Shown here: in pieces, positions 1-12,261 of the stretch
Layout of the letters: each line of letters opens with the position of its first letter
Position numbering within the stretch: the stretch's first letter is position 1
Assembly (NCBI GenBank): GCA_951406725.2
Contig: OX597823.1
Coordinates: forward strand, 113,336,001 to 113,400,000
Length of the DNA stretch: 64,000 nucleotides
From: Octopus vulgaris
Taxonomy: Eukaryota
Direction of reading: 5' to 3'
Position numbers and translations under genes: made by a program
Notes under the pieces: model-generated
Seen by the model: only the letters and a program-made list of their open reading frames with translations
What the model was told of the DNA's origin: nothing
Database searches by the model: none

Positions 1-2
1 AG

Positions 3-2039
3 GAGCTGGACGAACCCCACAACCGGAATATTCCAACAGATGGCCATCCATGCTCATCACCAAATAATCAAAAGAAAAAGAAGGAAAAATGGTCTAGGGA
101 AGATAATAAAGAAGTTCTTGAGGCCTTCTACCATGCCATATATTTCCCCACAGATAAGTCTAGCACTGTACAAGCATACTTAAACTGGAGACAGAAACAC
201 CCTGAAGTAAGACCCTACATAGACAGTAACAAGCTTGCCAATGTTAGAAGAAACATTATAAAAAAGAAATTACTGACTGAAGTAGAGATTGATCAGGTTA
301 GACAAGCAATATCGGATAAAATGAACGAAGCTGCAGCTAGAGAAGATAATACAGAGGAAATGATTATAGACCAGCCCAGGGCGGATAAAAACGAAGAGAG
401 GATTGAAAGAGTTAGTATAAGTGATAGGCAAAGTGAAATACGCCCTGAACCAATCATAAACACTAAGACAGATGAGCATCAAATAGATAAAGAAAGTCAC
501 ACAAATATTGACCCAACAGAACTACATGAGCTAAAAAATCAAATCATGATTGAATGGCTGAAAATTAAAGAAACCAGCATGGATGAGCGTGATACACTTC
601 CTAAAATCCGCAACTCTAACCAAAACATGAAAATAATTGGTAAAATCCGGCTTGCACTTAAGGATATAATTTCAGTTAATGATGTTGATATCACAAACCT
701 CAACCACCTATACTATGCATCCGCGAAAATCTCAACGATCCTATGTGGTGTAAAGATTAGAAAACGGCAACAGTCCCACAAAAAGCCTTCTTGGCAAGAG
801 CGTCTGCAACAACAAATTAAAATATTTAGATCTGACATTGAATATTTGAAAAACCTTAAGGCTCACAAGATTACCAAACCTACAAAAACCCAAAAATTAC
901 TGAAAAAATACAATATGAAAACTATACTTGATATTGATGCCACCATAGAAACCATCAAACAAAAGGTATCTGCCAAAGCTGCCCGCATAGCGAGGTATGA
1001 AAAGCGTGCTAGATTTTTCAAGGACAACAACATGTTCAAAAATAACACCAAGAATTTTTACAGGAAGATAGGAAAAACAGCGTTTACTGCAGGGTCTGTA
1101 CCATCAAAAGAAGAAGTGCAGAGATTTTGGAATAAAATCTGGGCAGAAGAAAAAACACACAACGAAAAGGCCCCCTGGATTGACAGAATATCTACAGAAC
1201 TGAACCCCTTAGAAGAGCAAAAGTGGGAGGGTGTCAAAGTAGAAGATATAAGATCTGCTCTCAGGAGGTCAAGCAAATGGAAGTCTCCAGGAAAGGATAA
1301 AATTCCTAACTTCTGGCTGAATGCCTTCCCAGAGAGCCATGAACTGCTAACAGAACTGTACAATGATGTTTTGCAACACCCTAGTAGGATGCCTCCTTGG
1401 CTAGTTAATGGGTTAACATTCCTGCTTCCAAAAAGTGAAGAAACAAATGAACCAAAAAACTATAGACCCATAACTTGCTTAACAACTATGTACAAAACAC
1501 TAACATCTGTCCTGACGGAATATACCTATAGTTTTTTAACAGACAGCAGCATATTCCCTAATGAACAGAAAGGATGTAAACGTGGATCCTACGGCTGTAA
1601 AGACCAACTACTCATCAATAAGATGATCTTAGAAGATTGTCACAAACGACACAAAAACTTATCAATAGCCTGGATAGACTATAAAAAGGCTTTTGATAGC
1701 CTACCACATAGCTGGATTAGGAAATGCCTTGAAATGTATAAGATAGCACCAACTCTGCGAAACTTCTTGACTGTAAGTATGAGATCATGGAGAACCACAC
1801 TAACTCTGAACAGTGACAGTGAATTCCTAAATGCTGGTGATGTAAAAATTTCGTGTGGCATTTTCCAGGGTGACTTACTGTCACCACTCCTCTTTTGTTT
1901 ATCTTTAATACCTCTCTCAAAGCTGCTCAATGACGCGCAGTACGGGTATAAAATGTTTGATAAAAATATAAATCATCTCGTTTACATGGATGATTTAAAG
2001 CTTTTGCAAAAAATGATCAACAACTCAAGGGCTTACTAG
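3..2039 (+). CDS. Dong/R4 ORF, N-terminal part (Myb-like domain and RT up to YMDD); 5'-partial
   Basis: ORF 321..2039 extends without a stop back to nt 3. RT motifs run up to YMDDLK, then the frame is lost at about 2002-2005. Confidence 0.9.
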   Translation, partial: ELDEPHNRNIPTDGHPCSSPNNQKKKKEKWSREDNKEVLEAFYHAIYFPTDKSSTVQAYLNWRQKHPEVRPYIDSNKLANVRRNIIKKKLLTEVEIDQVRQAISDKMNEAAAREDNTEEMIIDQPRADKNEERIERVSISDRQSEIRPEPIINTKTDEHQIDKESHTNIDPTELHELKNQIMIEWLKIKETSMDERDTLPKIRNSNQNMKIIGKIRLALKDIISVNDVDITNLNHLYYASAKISTILCGVKIRKRQQSHKKPSWQERLQQQIKIFRSDIEYLKNLKAHKITKPTKTQKLLKKYNMKTILDIDATIETIKQKVSAKAARIARYEKRARFFKDNNMFKNNTKNFYRKIGKTAFTAGSVPSKEEVQRFWNKIWAEEKTHNEKAPWIDRISTELNPLEEQKWEGVKVEDIRSALRRSSKWKSPGKDKIPNFWLNAFPESHELLTELYNDVLQHPSRMPPWLVNGLTFLLPKSEETNEPKNYRPITCLTTMYKTLTSVLTEYTYSFLTDSSIFPNEQKGCKRGSYGCKDQLLINKMILEDCHKRHKNLSIAWIDYKKAFDSLPHSWIRKCLEMYKIAPTLRNFLTVSMRSWRTTLTLNSDSEFLNAGDVKISCGIFQGDLLSPLLFCLSLIPLSKLLNDAQYGYKMFDKNINHLVYMDDLKLLQKMINNSRAY

Positions 2040-3535
2040 CGATAGTCAAACAATTCAGTGACGACATCAGAATGCAATTCGGCCTCGATAAATGTGCAAA
2101 GGCTACCTTTATCAAAGGAAAAATGACAGAAACATCTAACGTTAACCTTGACCAACAGAATGTCATAAAAGAACTAGACCCAGCGGAGAGCTACAAGTAC
2201 CTAGGGATAATTGAAGGGAACGGAATAAGGCATTCAGAGATGAAGGAAAGGATCAGGAGAGAATGCTATCGAAGAGTGAGAGCAATACTCAAGACAGAGC
2301 TGAATGCAAGAAACAGGATCGAAGCAATCAATGCATTAGCTATACCAGTCGTGACTTACAGTTTCAATATTGTTAACTGGTCAATTACTGAAATATGTCA
2401 GCTCGACAGAAAAATAAGGAAACTGTTGACAATGCATAGAATGCACCACCCTAAGGCAGATACAGAACGACTCTATCTGCCAAGAAAAGAGGGAGGCCGT
2501 GGTCTTTTGCAACTGGCAATAACAATGAAGATTGCTACAATTGGCCTAGACACCTACCTGAAAAACTCTGAGGACTGGATGCTAAAACTTGTCTCAAAAC
2601 ATGAAAACAAGAAAGCATCATACTCAGTCACAAAACAGGCAAAGGAATATCTAAGTGAATTCCGAATACAACCAATTTCGGAGATAGATATACAAGAAAC
2701 AAGCACAGAAAATGCTAGGCGCATGAAAACCCGTGCCAAAACTGCGGCCTTAGATATTCTGAATAATAAATGGCAAGAAAAACCTCTCTATGGCAAATAC
2801 CCAAAGAGAGCGAATAATGCAGATATCGACAAAGCCCTGACCCATCAATGGCTAATGGCCTCTGGCTTAAAATCTGAAACAGAGGGGTTTATCATAGCAG
2901 CTCAACATCAATGCCTACCAACAAGAAACTACCAGGCCAACATATTAAAGATCAGAAGCAGTCCAACGTGTCGTGTATGCAAGCAACAAAATGAAACCAT
3001 TGACCATGTGGTCTCCAAGTGCAGTCTTCTAGCGCCTACAGAGTATCTCAACAGGCACGATAGAGCTGCACAATATATTCACTGGGTAATCTGTAAAAAC
3101 CTGGATTTGCCCCATGAAAAAAACTGGTGGGAACACAAACCACCCCCAGTGCTTGAAAATGACCACATCTCACTCCTCTGGAACTTCACCATTCAAACTG
3201 ACAGGAAGATAGATGCAAATAGGCCAGACATCATATTGAAAAACTTCAAACAAAGAACATGCCTCCTCATTGATATGACTGTCCCAATCGATATAAACGT
3301 ATCTGTCAAGACCTACCAAAAACTGAGCAAATATAAAGATCTTGAAATAGAAATCAGCAAAATGTGGAAGCTGAAGACTAAAACAATACCTGTTGTCATA
3401 GGTGCCCTGGGAATGATAGCAAAAGGGGCTGATAGCTACCTAACTCAGATACCAGGAAACCCAAAAATGGCAGAAGTTCAAAAGATAGTGCTCATGGGAA
3501 CTGCTCATATCCTACGCAAAATACTCTCTATGTAA
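2006..3535 (+). CDS. Dong/R4 ORF, C-terminal part (end of RT, thumb, CCHC knuckle, PD-(D/E)xK endonuclease)
   Basis: Frame reads AKNDQQLKGLLAIVKQFSDDIR into MQFGLDKCA, then YKYLGI, RLYLPRKEGGRGL, CRVCKQQNETIDHVVSKC, RHD, NRPDII..IDMTVP..K..KYKDL, PVVIGALG. Confidence 0.92.
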   Translation, partial: AKNDQQLKGLLAIVKQFSDDIRMQFGLDKCAKATFIKGKMTETSNVNLDQQNVIKELDPAESYKYLGIIEGNGIRHSEMKERIRRECYRRVRAILKTELNARNRIEAINALAIPVVTYSFNIVNWSITEICQLDRKIRKLLTMHRMHHPKADTERLYLPRKEGGRGLLQLAITMKIATIGLDTYLKNSEDWMLKLVSKHENKKASYSVTKQAKEYLSEFRIQPISEIDIQETSTENARRMKTRAKTAALDILNNKWQEKPLYGKYPKRANNADIDKALTHQWLMASGLKSETEGFIIAAQHQCLPTRNYQANILKIRSSPTCRVCKQQNETIDHVVSKCSLLAPTEYLNRHDRAAQYIHWVICKNLDLPHEKNWWEHKPPPVLENDHISLLWNFTIQTDRKIDANRPDIILKNFKQRTCLLIDMTVPIDINVSVKTYQKLSKYKDLEIEISKMWKLKTKTIPVVIGALGMIAKGADSYLTQIPGNPKMAEVQKIVLMGTAHILRKILSM

Positions 3536-3759
3536 TCTCAAGGTTTAAAACAAACATAATTTTCGGTTTAAAAAAAAAAAAAAAAAAAAAAAACTTTTTT
3601 TTTTCTTTTTAAACATTCATTAGTACAACATCCCCACCCCCCAAATATATGGCACACTAGGCATAACAACAACATGAACTTCCAACCCTGTTGTCTCTTG
3701 AGGTCTCTGGGTGAGACTTGGAGCCAACTTGTACAAATATAAAGCAAAAGTCAAACATA

Positions 3760-3799
<40 letters not shown>

Positions 3800-4301
3800 G
3801 GCAACAAGAACTGCTGTAATATTCAATCATTCCTTTATTAACCTTTATGTTTGCATGTTCTTCCCTCTCTCAGAAATACAATAAGATGTTTCTAATTAAT
3901 CTGATTAAGATGCCGCAATACTTTGATGTTAAAGATGATGCAGAAGTGTCCGTGAATTGTTTCTGATTGAAAAAAAGATAGAAGCCATATTTAAAGATTA
4001 AGTAAACTGCTGTTTTATTGTTCATGGTTTCGCTAATACCATTAAATCAGAAATTGGAATAAAGAAAAATGTGGTGCTAAATATTTCCACATATTCTGTC
4101 TCGTGAGATATAAGACGTACAATGAAACCTTTCTGACTCTTTATCTACATTTATTTCTGTATCAATTCCATTTTTAATCCGTGTAAAATACTCTAGTTTT
4201 ATTTCTCTGAACAAGAGAGAAAACAAGGAGAAACGTAAGTAGATGGATTATTGATTATACATATCGATAAAATGACAGACGGCTAGATAGTGAAATTGAA
4301 A

Positions 4302-4370
<69 letters not shown>

Positions 4371-4372
<2 letters not shown>

Positions 4373-4915
4373 TTAGATAAACTTAGATATGTTTCGACCA
4401 AAGATTGGTCCTGGCTATGTCTAACTGAATAGCACCACCTGATAGGATTATCTAAATCCCTTTAAAGTCAAGTTTATGGTCCATTCAAGTAGTGAGTTCT
4501 TGTTGGGTGAGTTGTATCCAATTATGGCTGGCTTATCCGGAATTCCTTGAAGAAATCTATCCAGACTCCAGTTAAAGTTGATGGGATCCTTTTCCTCTTT
4601 GATCTCTTTCGGGACAATGTGAAACAGGGCAGGGCCTGTTGAGGAAAAGAAATTATGTTGCAGTGTACCTATATGCTGTTATCCTGAATTGGGCAGGGGA
4701 CGTATGGCCCGTGGTCCCAGCTTTGGATGAACCTTGAAACTAATGTTCAGGCCGTTTGGGCAAAGTTGGCGATATATTCTCCACATCGCACAAATAATAT
4801 ACCGCTCGCGGCGGCACTGGAGAGAGTAGAATACTAAGGCTTTAAGGCGGTCCCAATAATCGAAAGCATTCATGCCTTCAATTCTTTTAGTGAGTGCCCT
4901 CTGGAGTGATTCAAT
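4371..4915 (-). mobile_element. 5'-truncated CR1-clade LINE (ORF2 C-terminus and 3' UTR) flanked by (TA)n
   Basis: Minus strand reads IESLQRALTKRIEGMNAFDYWDRLKALVFYSLQCRRERY, matching the CR1 LExVQRRxTK..YxERL..SL..RR motif, with an in-frame stop. Ends in a 10-bp tandem repeat (acttagataa/acttagatat on +). (TA)n on both sides. Confidence 0.85.
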
Positions 4916-4972
4916 ATTATATATATATATATATAGTGAGAGAGAGAGAGATAGATAGAGAGAGAGAGAGGT

Positions 4973-5008
<36 letters not shown>

Positions 5009-5500
5009 ATAAATAGATAGACAGTGTTGGAGAATTTACGAAAGTTTTTGGGCAAATAAATACAGATTTGATTAACTAAAGTCCAAACAAGAATGGATTT
5101 GAATGCACATACACACACCTACACGAAAAATGACACATACCTGCATACGCATATGCGTTCACACGCACAGATATTTTATGCAAGAATCATATAAAATGGA
5201 TTTAATGACCATAAATTAAGGAAAGCTGTGAAAATAAAAACCTTATACATAGACTTCTGAACTTCGAGTGTTGAAAGATCACGATTCTAGCTATCAATGC
5301 TCATGTAGTTTTTATACGGTTTCTATTTTTCCTTTGATGATAAGTATATGTTTCATTAAATTATTAATATATATGACTTTCATATCGCCGTTTATCGTTA
5401 ACCCCACGGTGACAGCGCTATAAAAGACCATGATCTCAGCATTGTAACGTTGTAAAAATTATGTGGAATGTAAATTACGCCATGATGCTCTTAGCATATT

Positions 5501-5645
5501 TATAGATGTTTTCGATCTAGTTTGGATTCTTTGCCATCAAATTTGAATTCTTTGCCATTAAATTCTAATTCTTTGCAATCAAATTTGATGGCAAAGAATT
5601 CAAATTTAATGGCAAAGAATCTAAACTAGATCGAAAGCATCTATA
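5501..5645. repeat. Fold-back inverted repeat built from internal ~20-bp subrepeats (MITE-like)
   Basis: tatagatgttttcgatctagtttggattctttgccatcaaatttgaattctttgccattaaatt pairs with aatttgatggcaaagaattcaaatttaatggcaaagaatctaaactagatcgaaagcatctata, with few mismatches. Confidence 0.85.
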
Positions 5646-6604
5646 TATTGTTCTGTATGATACTGTAGGTATATAGACTTAGGCTGACAAAATCAAAAAT
5701 AATTTTTACCAGAGACGAAATCAGTCGGCCCGATATACTCTGAACAGTGGTAAATCTACATATTCTAGACTAAAATGAGGGTAAATATAAATTAAGCATA
5801 TGGTATACCACGTACATGTTTAACTGAGTTAACTCCAGGACACCCTATTTGCATGAGTAGTCTCTCGTTTCTTGCATTTGGACATGGACCAGACAGTTAC
5901 TACGACTGGATTCTCTGTATTGGGCAAGTTCCAATGACTTTTGAAACTGCTTTACTCTGGCTGGTTCTATATTGCCTCTCTTGTCTTATATGTGTGTGCT
6001 TGTCATAAATACACCCAGTCTTAGTACTGAAAGTATTGTGCAACAAGATGGCTGCTTGTAATTGTGGTTGGGAAAACTAATATATTTGTCGGACATACAC
6101 TGAAATTGATGTTTATCGGTAAGTTTGGTCCAGCATTGTAGAGATTACAGAAAAGGATTCAGTTGGCAAGCATGGAGAGTTTGAAATGTAGTGGACACAG
6201 AAAACGTTACTGCTGGTCTGTAGTTTCGTGCTTAAGAGAGCGGGTGCATTAAAGCTAAGATAGTGCTAAAGTTGATCCTACAAATTAGATGGAATCTTCG
6301 CCGGTGATAAACATCAGGTATTGAGACTAAGGCTTTCAATCTGCGTTGGTACAATGCCTTAAAAATAAATGTAAAATCCATCGTTGTTCAGGTGTTCACA
6401 TGCCAGCTCCGTGTGTTCGTGTTCAGGTTGAGAGTTCAAAAATAATTGCGCATTGCAGGAATGGAAAGGATTTCGAGCTTTTTCACACAAAATTATTGTG
6501 ATTTACGGAAATTAGGTGATGTATTTGTTTGTTTTGTATGATACTAAACATAAGTACAGTCAAATCATCTGTGTGTGTTATAATGGTGATAAGAATTTCA
6601 ATGA

Positions 6605-6616
6605 CTAGTAGTAGTG

Positions 6617-6674
<58 letters not shown>

Positions 6675-6687
6675 CAGAAGCAGTAGT

Positions 6688-6752
<65 letters not shown>

Positions 6753-6765
6753 CAGAAGCAGTAGT

Positions 6766-6842
<77 letters not shown>

Positions 6843-6891
6843 CAGCAGCAGCAGCACTAGTAGCAGTAGCAGTCGTAGTAGTAGTAGTAGT
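6605..6891. repeat. Compound (AGT)n/(AGC)n trinucleotide microsatellite
   Basis: Directly visible; it produces the poly-S/L/T/V ORFs. Confidence 0.97.
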
Positions 6892-7260
6892 GTCTCTAGA
6901 GTTGTCAGGAGCAGATATGCATTTCACATAAGAAGAGGTGTTCGGCAAAATTGGTTTCGATATCGAGAAATTGTCTATTGTATATCATTTGAATGGAAAT
7001 ATTTTCGGTTCTGTGTAGGAGAGGGTTTCGGTAAAACCAGCGACAGTATCTAGATGCTCGAGGGGGGGTTACCTAAATACACACACTTGAAAAGTACGAT
7101 GGCATACAGAAACATGTATGCAGATGTTTTTCCATGTGGCGTATGTCTATGCGTATCTGTACATACCTATGTATGACAATTCATAATTCATTCTCTTACT
7201 TTCCGTATTGCCCGTCTCTTTTTTTTCGGAATGTGTATATATACAAATGCGCATATATAC

Positions 7261-7263
<3 letters not shown>

Positions 7264-7329
<66 letters not shown>

Positions 7330-7343
7330 ATATATAGATATAT

Positions 7344-7377
<34 letters not shown>

Positions 7378-7414
7378 ATGTATACATATATGTATATGTA
7401 TATATATATACATA

Positions 7415-7498
<84 letters not shown>

Positions 7499-7532
7499 AG
7501 TATATATATATATATGTATATGTATATGTATG

Positions 7533-7577
<45 letters not shown>
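7264..7577. repeat. (TA)n-rich compound microsatellite
   Basis: Directly visible. Confidence 0.97.
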
Positions 7578-7579
<2 letters not shown>

Positions 7580-7948
7580 AATCAATAATAATTAGGGGTA
7601 AAATTAATTAATTAATTAATTAATTAATAATTAATAATTTTACCAAGTATTTCGGCATGTTAAAAGAACCATTATCGGTAAACTGAAACAAAAATTCTTA
7701 TAATTATGAGTATAATTATAATTAGAGTTCAGCAAAAAATTTGCTTCACCACATACCGAAATTTAGAAATAGCAGCCAAAACTGGCTATTTATCTACCAT
7801 AAAAAATCTTCCAGATAGTCTGGGACAATTTATTATGGTAGGGAAATAGCTAGTTTTAACTACTATTTCTAAATTCAGGATGTGTTGAAGCAAATTTTTT
7901 GCTGAACCCGAATTATAATTATACTCATAATCATAAGAATTTTTGTTT
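7578..7948. mobile_element. (TA)n-flanked fold-back element (~130-bp inverted arms at 7686-7948); probable PLE terminal fragment
   Basis: aaacaaaaattcttataattatgagtataattataatt...ccaga pairs with tctgg...aattataattatactcataatcataagaatttttgttt, centre near 7817. Same architecture as the HHR-bearing elements elsewhere in the window. Confidence 0.6.
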
Positions 7949-7962
7949 ATATATATATATAT

Positions 7963-8274
7963 GGGTATAGGGTAAAGAAACCCTTCGGTGATGAATGACC
8001 ATGTGGTTGCACTAGAAAGTTACCTTCCGAGGCACAATTTCGGGCAAGATGGTTTATGGAAGACCAGCAGTTGTTCATGCATCCCAGGCTTCTCTCCACA
8101 TGCCACCAATGTAATCCAAGGAAAATTCCCAACACCGATACAGCTTGGCACCGATGAGATCGCAATTCATTTCTAAAGCTGAGTGAACTGAAATCGAACC
8201 AGGAAATGATCTAGGAATCGAACTCACTACTTCGGGATTGTGAGTCCGACGCTCTGACAACTGAGCCATGCGCC
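7963..8274 (-). mobile_element. tRNA-derived SINE
   Basis: Minus-strand head ggcgcaTGGCTCAGTTGtcagagcgtcggactcacaatcccgaagtagtgaGTTCGATTCC has Pol III A and B boxes, followed by a non-tRNA body. Confidence 0.75.
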
Positions 8275-11200
8275 TTGACTGTATATATGCATGTATATAT
8301 ATGTGTGTGTGTGTGTGTAAGAATATATATATATGTGTATGTGTGTTGATATGTATATGTCTGTATATATATAAATATATATATATACACACATATATGT
8401 ACCTATGTCTGTGTTTATGCGTGTGTGTGTGTGTGTGTGCGTGTATGTTTTCCTGTGTAGTTCAGTATTATTTTAAGTAGTACATATGGCGTGGCATATT
8501 ATCCCATTTACTTTCAAGATAGATATACAACAAAATACGCCTGGAAGAAAACACACACACACACACGCGCAGGCACGTACGCACAGAGGCACACACACAA
8601 ACACACTCACACACACATGCACACAAGCATAAACAATGAAAGAAACATACAGACGAAAGTTTATTATAATAAAATCAGAAAATTTTGATTTATATCTGAA
8701 AATCTTTCGATTTCTACATTCTGTGTAATTTCTCTATAACAATAGCTTATAAAAAACAAAATTATCGATTTAAGCTTCCATCAATATACATTGTATCAAG
8801 ATTATTTTCCTTGCTTCTCTGGAGTGCCTTAGATACATTTCAACAGTATGCCATTATATAGGTGACAGCGTTCAGAGAAAAATGTTATAGCGTTCCAAAA
8901 GCGAAGTAAGTAGTTCTGCTTTCTGACTAGTTACAGTCAAATGCATGACTATACACATACATACATACATAATATAATACATATACGTATGTGTATGAAT
9001 GTATATGAGTGTGCGTGTGTCTATGTGTGTGTATGTGTGTTTGTGTGTATATGTGGGCCTATGTGGGCCTATGTGCGTCTGCGTGTATTGCTATTCGTTT
9101 TCATGTCGCGTAACAATAAAAGCTATTTCACATTTAGATTTAACATGCGGATTACTCCGAAGTCACTGTCACCGCTATCTTCTAAATAATATTATGAATA
9201 CATATGTGTCCGTGTGTATGTGTGCGTGCGTGAGCGAGTGGCAGTGGTTGTGGGTGCACGTGTGGGAGTCTGTTCATCGAGCGAAAGAGTTAAATATATA
9301 TCTATAGTTATATCATATACACACATACAAGCACCGGAGTGGCTGTGTAGTAAGTAGCTTGCTTACTTCCGGTTACCCAGAGTTCACTTGGTTTTGTTGT
9401 TTGTGCCCGACATTGGTTTAATTAATATCTAGTTTATTATGTCAGTAGGATATAGATTCTCGTCCACGCAGCAACGACTATACGATATTTAAAAGGATAT
9501 AAAAAAGAAGCTGGAATGCATATATCAATATAACACTCCTCCATAGGGCCCATTTTTAAAAATCTTCCTATGGTAATTATTTTTCCGATTTTAGTCCATC
9601 ACATCCATACAAGAATCTATCTAAATACGAATACGGCAGTACGTGGCCTATCAATACTGTCTATAGATTAAATATGATACATATATTACTCTTTTTATTC
9701 AATATTGACTCAATTGCGTATACCTGATTTTATTCAGCCGGGCGGCTATTTGCTTGATCAGCGAATGTCTTATTCGGTGTTTCCTGCACCGGCATATGAG
9801 ACATTCTCATACATGCCAATGCCTGCCTCCGTATACGCTCTCTCACAAAGCCATGCAATGGACAATATGCATGTGGTTAACTTGCTTGCCACAACAAAGC
9901 TAATTCTTTTTAGCTCACTCCGGTATTTTTTGTGTTTTTAACACCGCATATCAATAAGAATTACTACTGAGATACGATTACAGCAGTAGCTGGTCTATTA
10001 ATGCTGTATATTCATAAAATACGGTTGTTTTAATTGAATACTTCTTTAGTTGCATATACCGGTTATATATTTGAGTGGTTATTCTGAATATCAATGATTT
10101 TTTCCCCTGCTTCTCATATAAGTAGGCGACGATTCTCCCCGAGGCATGAGAGAAACTGCGAGAACACAACATTGAAGACGTCCGGCGACCAAACTGGTGC
10201 AGTTGAATGAAGTTTCCCTCTCACCTTCAACATTAAATTTGTTTTTAATTCTGTACGCTCATGAGAACTATTATTTCATGGTTAATATCACAGTAACTTG
10301 CCTATCAACTGTGTACATACATTGCGTATGAAATACAGCTGGCTGGTCATCTTTATTCAATATTAACTCAGTTACGAATACTGAATTTTTCTTCAGCCAG
10401 GGAGTTATTCGCAACGTAAGGGAGTAATTTACTCAATTTTATCTGTCTTTCTCTCTCATTGTCTCTCATCCTCTCTCCTTAAGACACACATACACACACA
10501 CATATACAAAGACTAAGAAATAGAGAGAGAGAGAGAGAGAGAGAAATAGAGAAAAAATATCAAATAGAAACGAGGAATGAAATTGAGATGCAATAGTGTG
10601 TATTTTATTGCAAGGATATCTATTATTTGTATTGATAGGATAATATAAGAGTTAACATTTCAGCAGATATTTTTTGTAGATTTGAGACAGTCAAAAGGAA
10701 GAAAAGCAAAGTCTATATTATCACTTGTCTCCTGAGACAACAAGCTATCTAATTAATAGATATAAACATCACCTCTTTTGTTTTGTCTATGTATAATTAT
10801 AAACATAGAAACATACAAATACACACATGCATATTGTCTGTCACTCATGCACATACACATCAAACACGAACACTGTAGTACAACCATACTTATAGACATA
10901 ATAACATACACAAATACTTGCATATACACCTACATCCGCATACATGTATGTACACAAACATGCAAACATATACAGAATCACACACACACACACGCACACA
11001 CATGCACACGCATGCACACAAACGCACACGCGCACGAACTCAAGCGAGAGGAAAACATTTTCAAGCGCCTATGTAAATTAATAAGAAAACAGGAAAACAT
11101 GTTTTTGTTAAATAATAAGATAAATAAATAAATAACTTTGTTATAATGTGTCATTCGGTGTGTCAACGTGAGTGATTGTTCTCATTTTTATATTCAAAAT

Positions 11201-12261
11201 CGAGGAGAATATATTAAAACAAAACATGTGAAGTTGTCATTTCAAGAAAATTTACATCCAACGAATTCAATAGACAGATTTTATCTTCAGAGACGTTTGG
11301 GAAATGATTTTTTCAGAATACTTTTGTAAATCTCAGTTTTAATATTCTGTTTTTTAATGTCGTTTTGTAATTTTTACCTCACAATTTTTTCTTTTCTTTT
11401 CTTTGGTTTTTTTACAGTGTTTCATGAAATTTGAAAGAATATTTTCAGAAATGTTAAGAAAATTTACCTTGAAAATAATGATGTTTTCAATCATATGCAT
11501 TTTAACAAATACATACACAGAGAGACAGACAAACAGACAGACATACACACACATGAATGTATGTATGTAGACATACACACACATGAATGTATTTATGTAT
11601 GTATGTATGTATGGATGGATGGATGTATATATGTATGTATATATGCATGTATGTATGTATGTATGTATGTATGCGTGTATGTTTAAATAATACATTGAAT
11701 GTGATGGGCAATTAGGAAGTGTAAAAACGTGAAGCCGCTTGGAATAGGTGACTTAGACAGCTGAGTAATGGGCCAGATGAAATTTAATATAGTCTTTTCA
11801 TATTCTGAGTTCAGATCCCTTTAGGAATGAGTTTATACGTTACTCCACCAAAGTGAGTCTCTTAAAGTCGTTTTAATTATATCAGATTTTTCTTCATACC
11901 AAATCCTTAGGTTTTTCAGAGTAGAACGTATTAGATAGAAATGTTCTTGACATCCTGTACCTCTTTGATCAGGGATGCCCTGGACCAAACAGGATTACTT
12001 AATTTGCAACGATTAGATGCTATATTTCTTTAAGCATTGTCTTAAAAATAATATATTTCACAAGGTTGATTCTGATAAACTAATGCCGTAGAAGTTTTCT
12101 TAGACGGAGAAAACTGATTAATGCAATCCTTCAAATACAAAAAGAGAAAATGGTTAACACAAGCGGGATAAATCTGAGGAGAGACAACAGCTACAACAAT
12201 ATTTACAACTGAAAATTTCATAGGTTCGATTAAGCTGCCTTTATTCCCAATATATCTTGTA

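Larger units (their letters stand above)
1..3798 (+). mobile_element. R4/Dong-clade non-LTR retrotransposon (Myb-like, RT, CCHC, restriction-like endonuclease); 5' end lies outside the window; ends in (TAA)n
   Basis: Frame is open from nt 3 and includes KWSREDNKEVLEAFY (Myb-like). RT motifs: SPGKDKI, YRPITCL, IDYKKAFDS, GIFQGDLLSP, YMDDLK. Then CRVC..H..C zinc knuckle and RPD..D..K RLE motif. 3' UTR 3536-3760, then (TAA)n at 3761-3798, the known Dong target. Confidence 0.95.

Noticed and set aside
2001-2015. Programmed -1 frameshift in the Dong ORF
   Set aside because: No in-frame X XXY YYZ heptamer; R4/Dong elements have a single ORF; a 1-bp loss in a T run explains it.
6483-7611. Poly-S/L/T/V and YIYI ORFs here and throughout the window
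   Set aside because: Translations of stop-free microsatellites; no coding signal.
8200-8274. tRNA genes at SINE heads (also 40212-40273)
   Set aside because: A and B boxes are present but there is no paired acceptor stem, and they run into SINE bodies.
9360-9690. Helitron-like non-autonomous fragments (also ~14540-14780 and 54070-54215)
   Set aside because: Only vague resemblance; diagnostic TC...CTRR ends and terminal hairpin not established.
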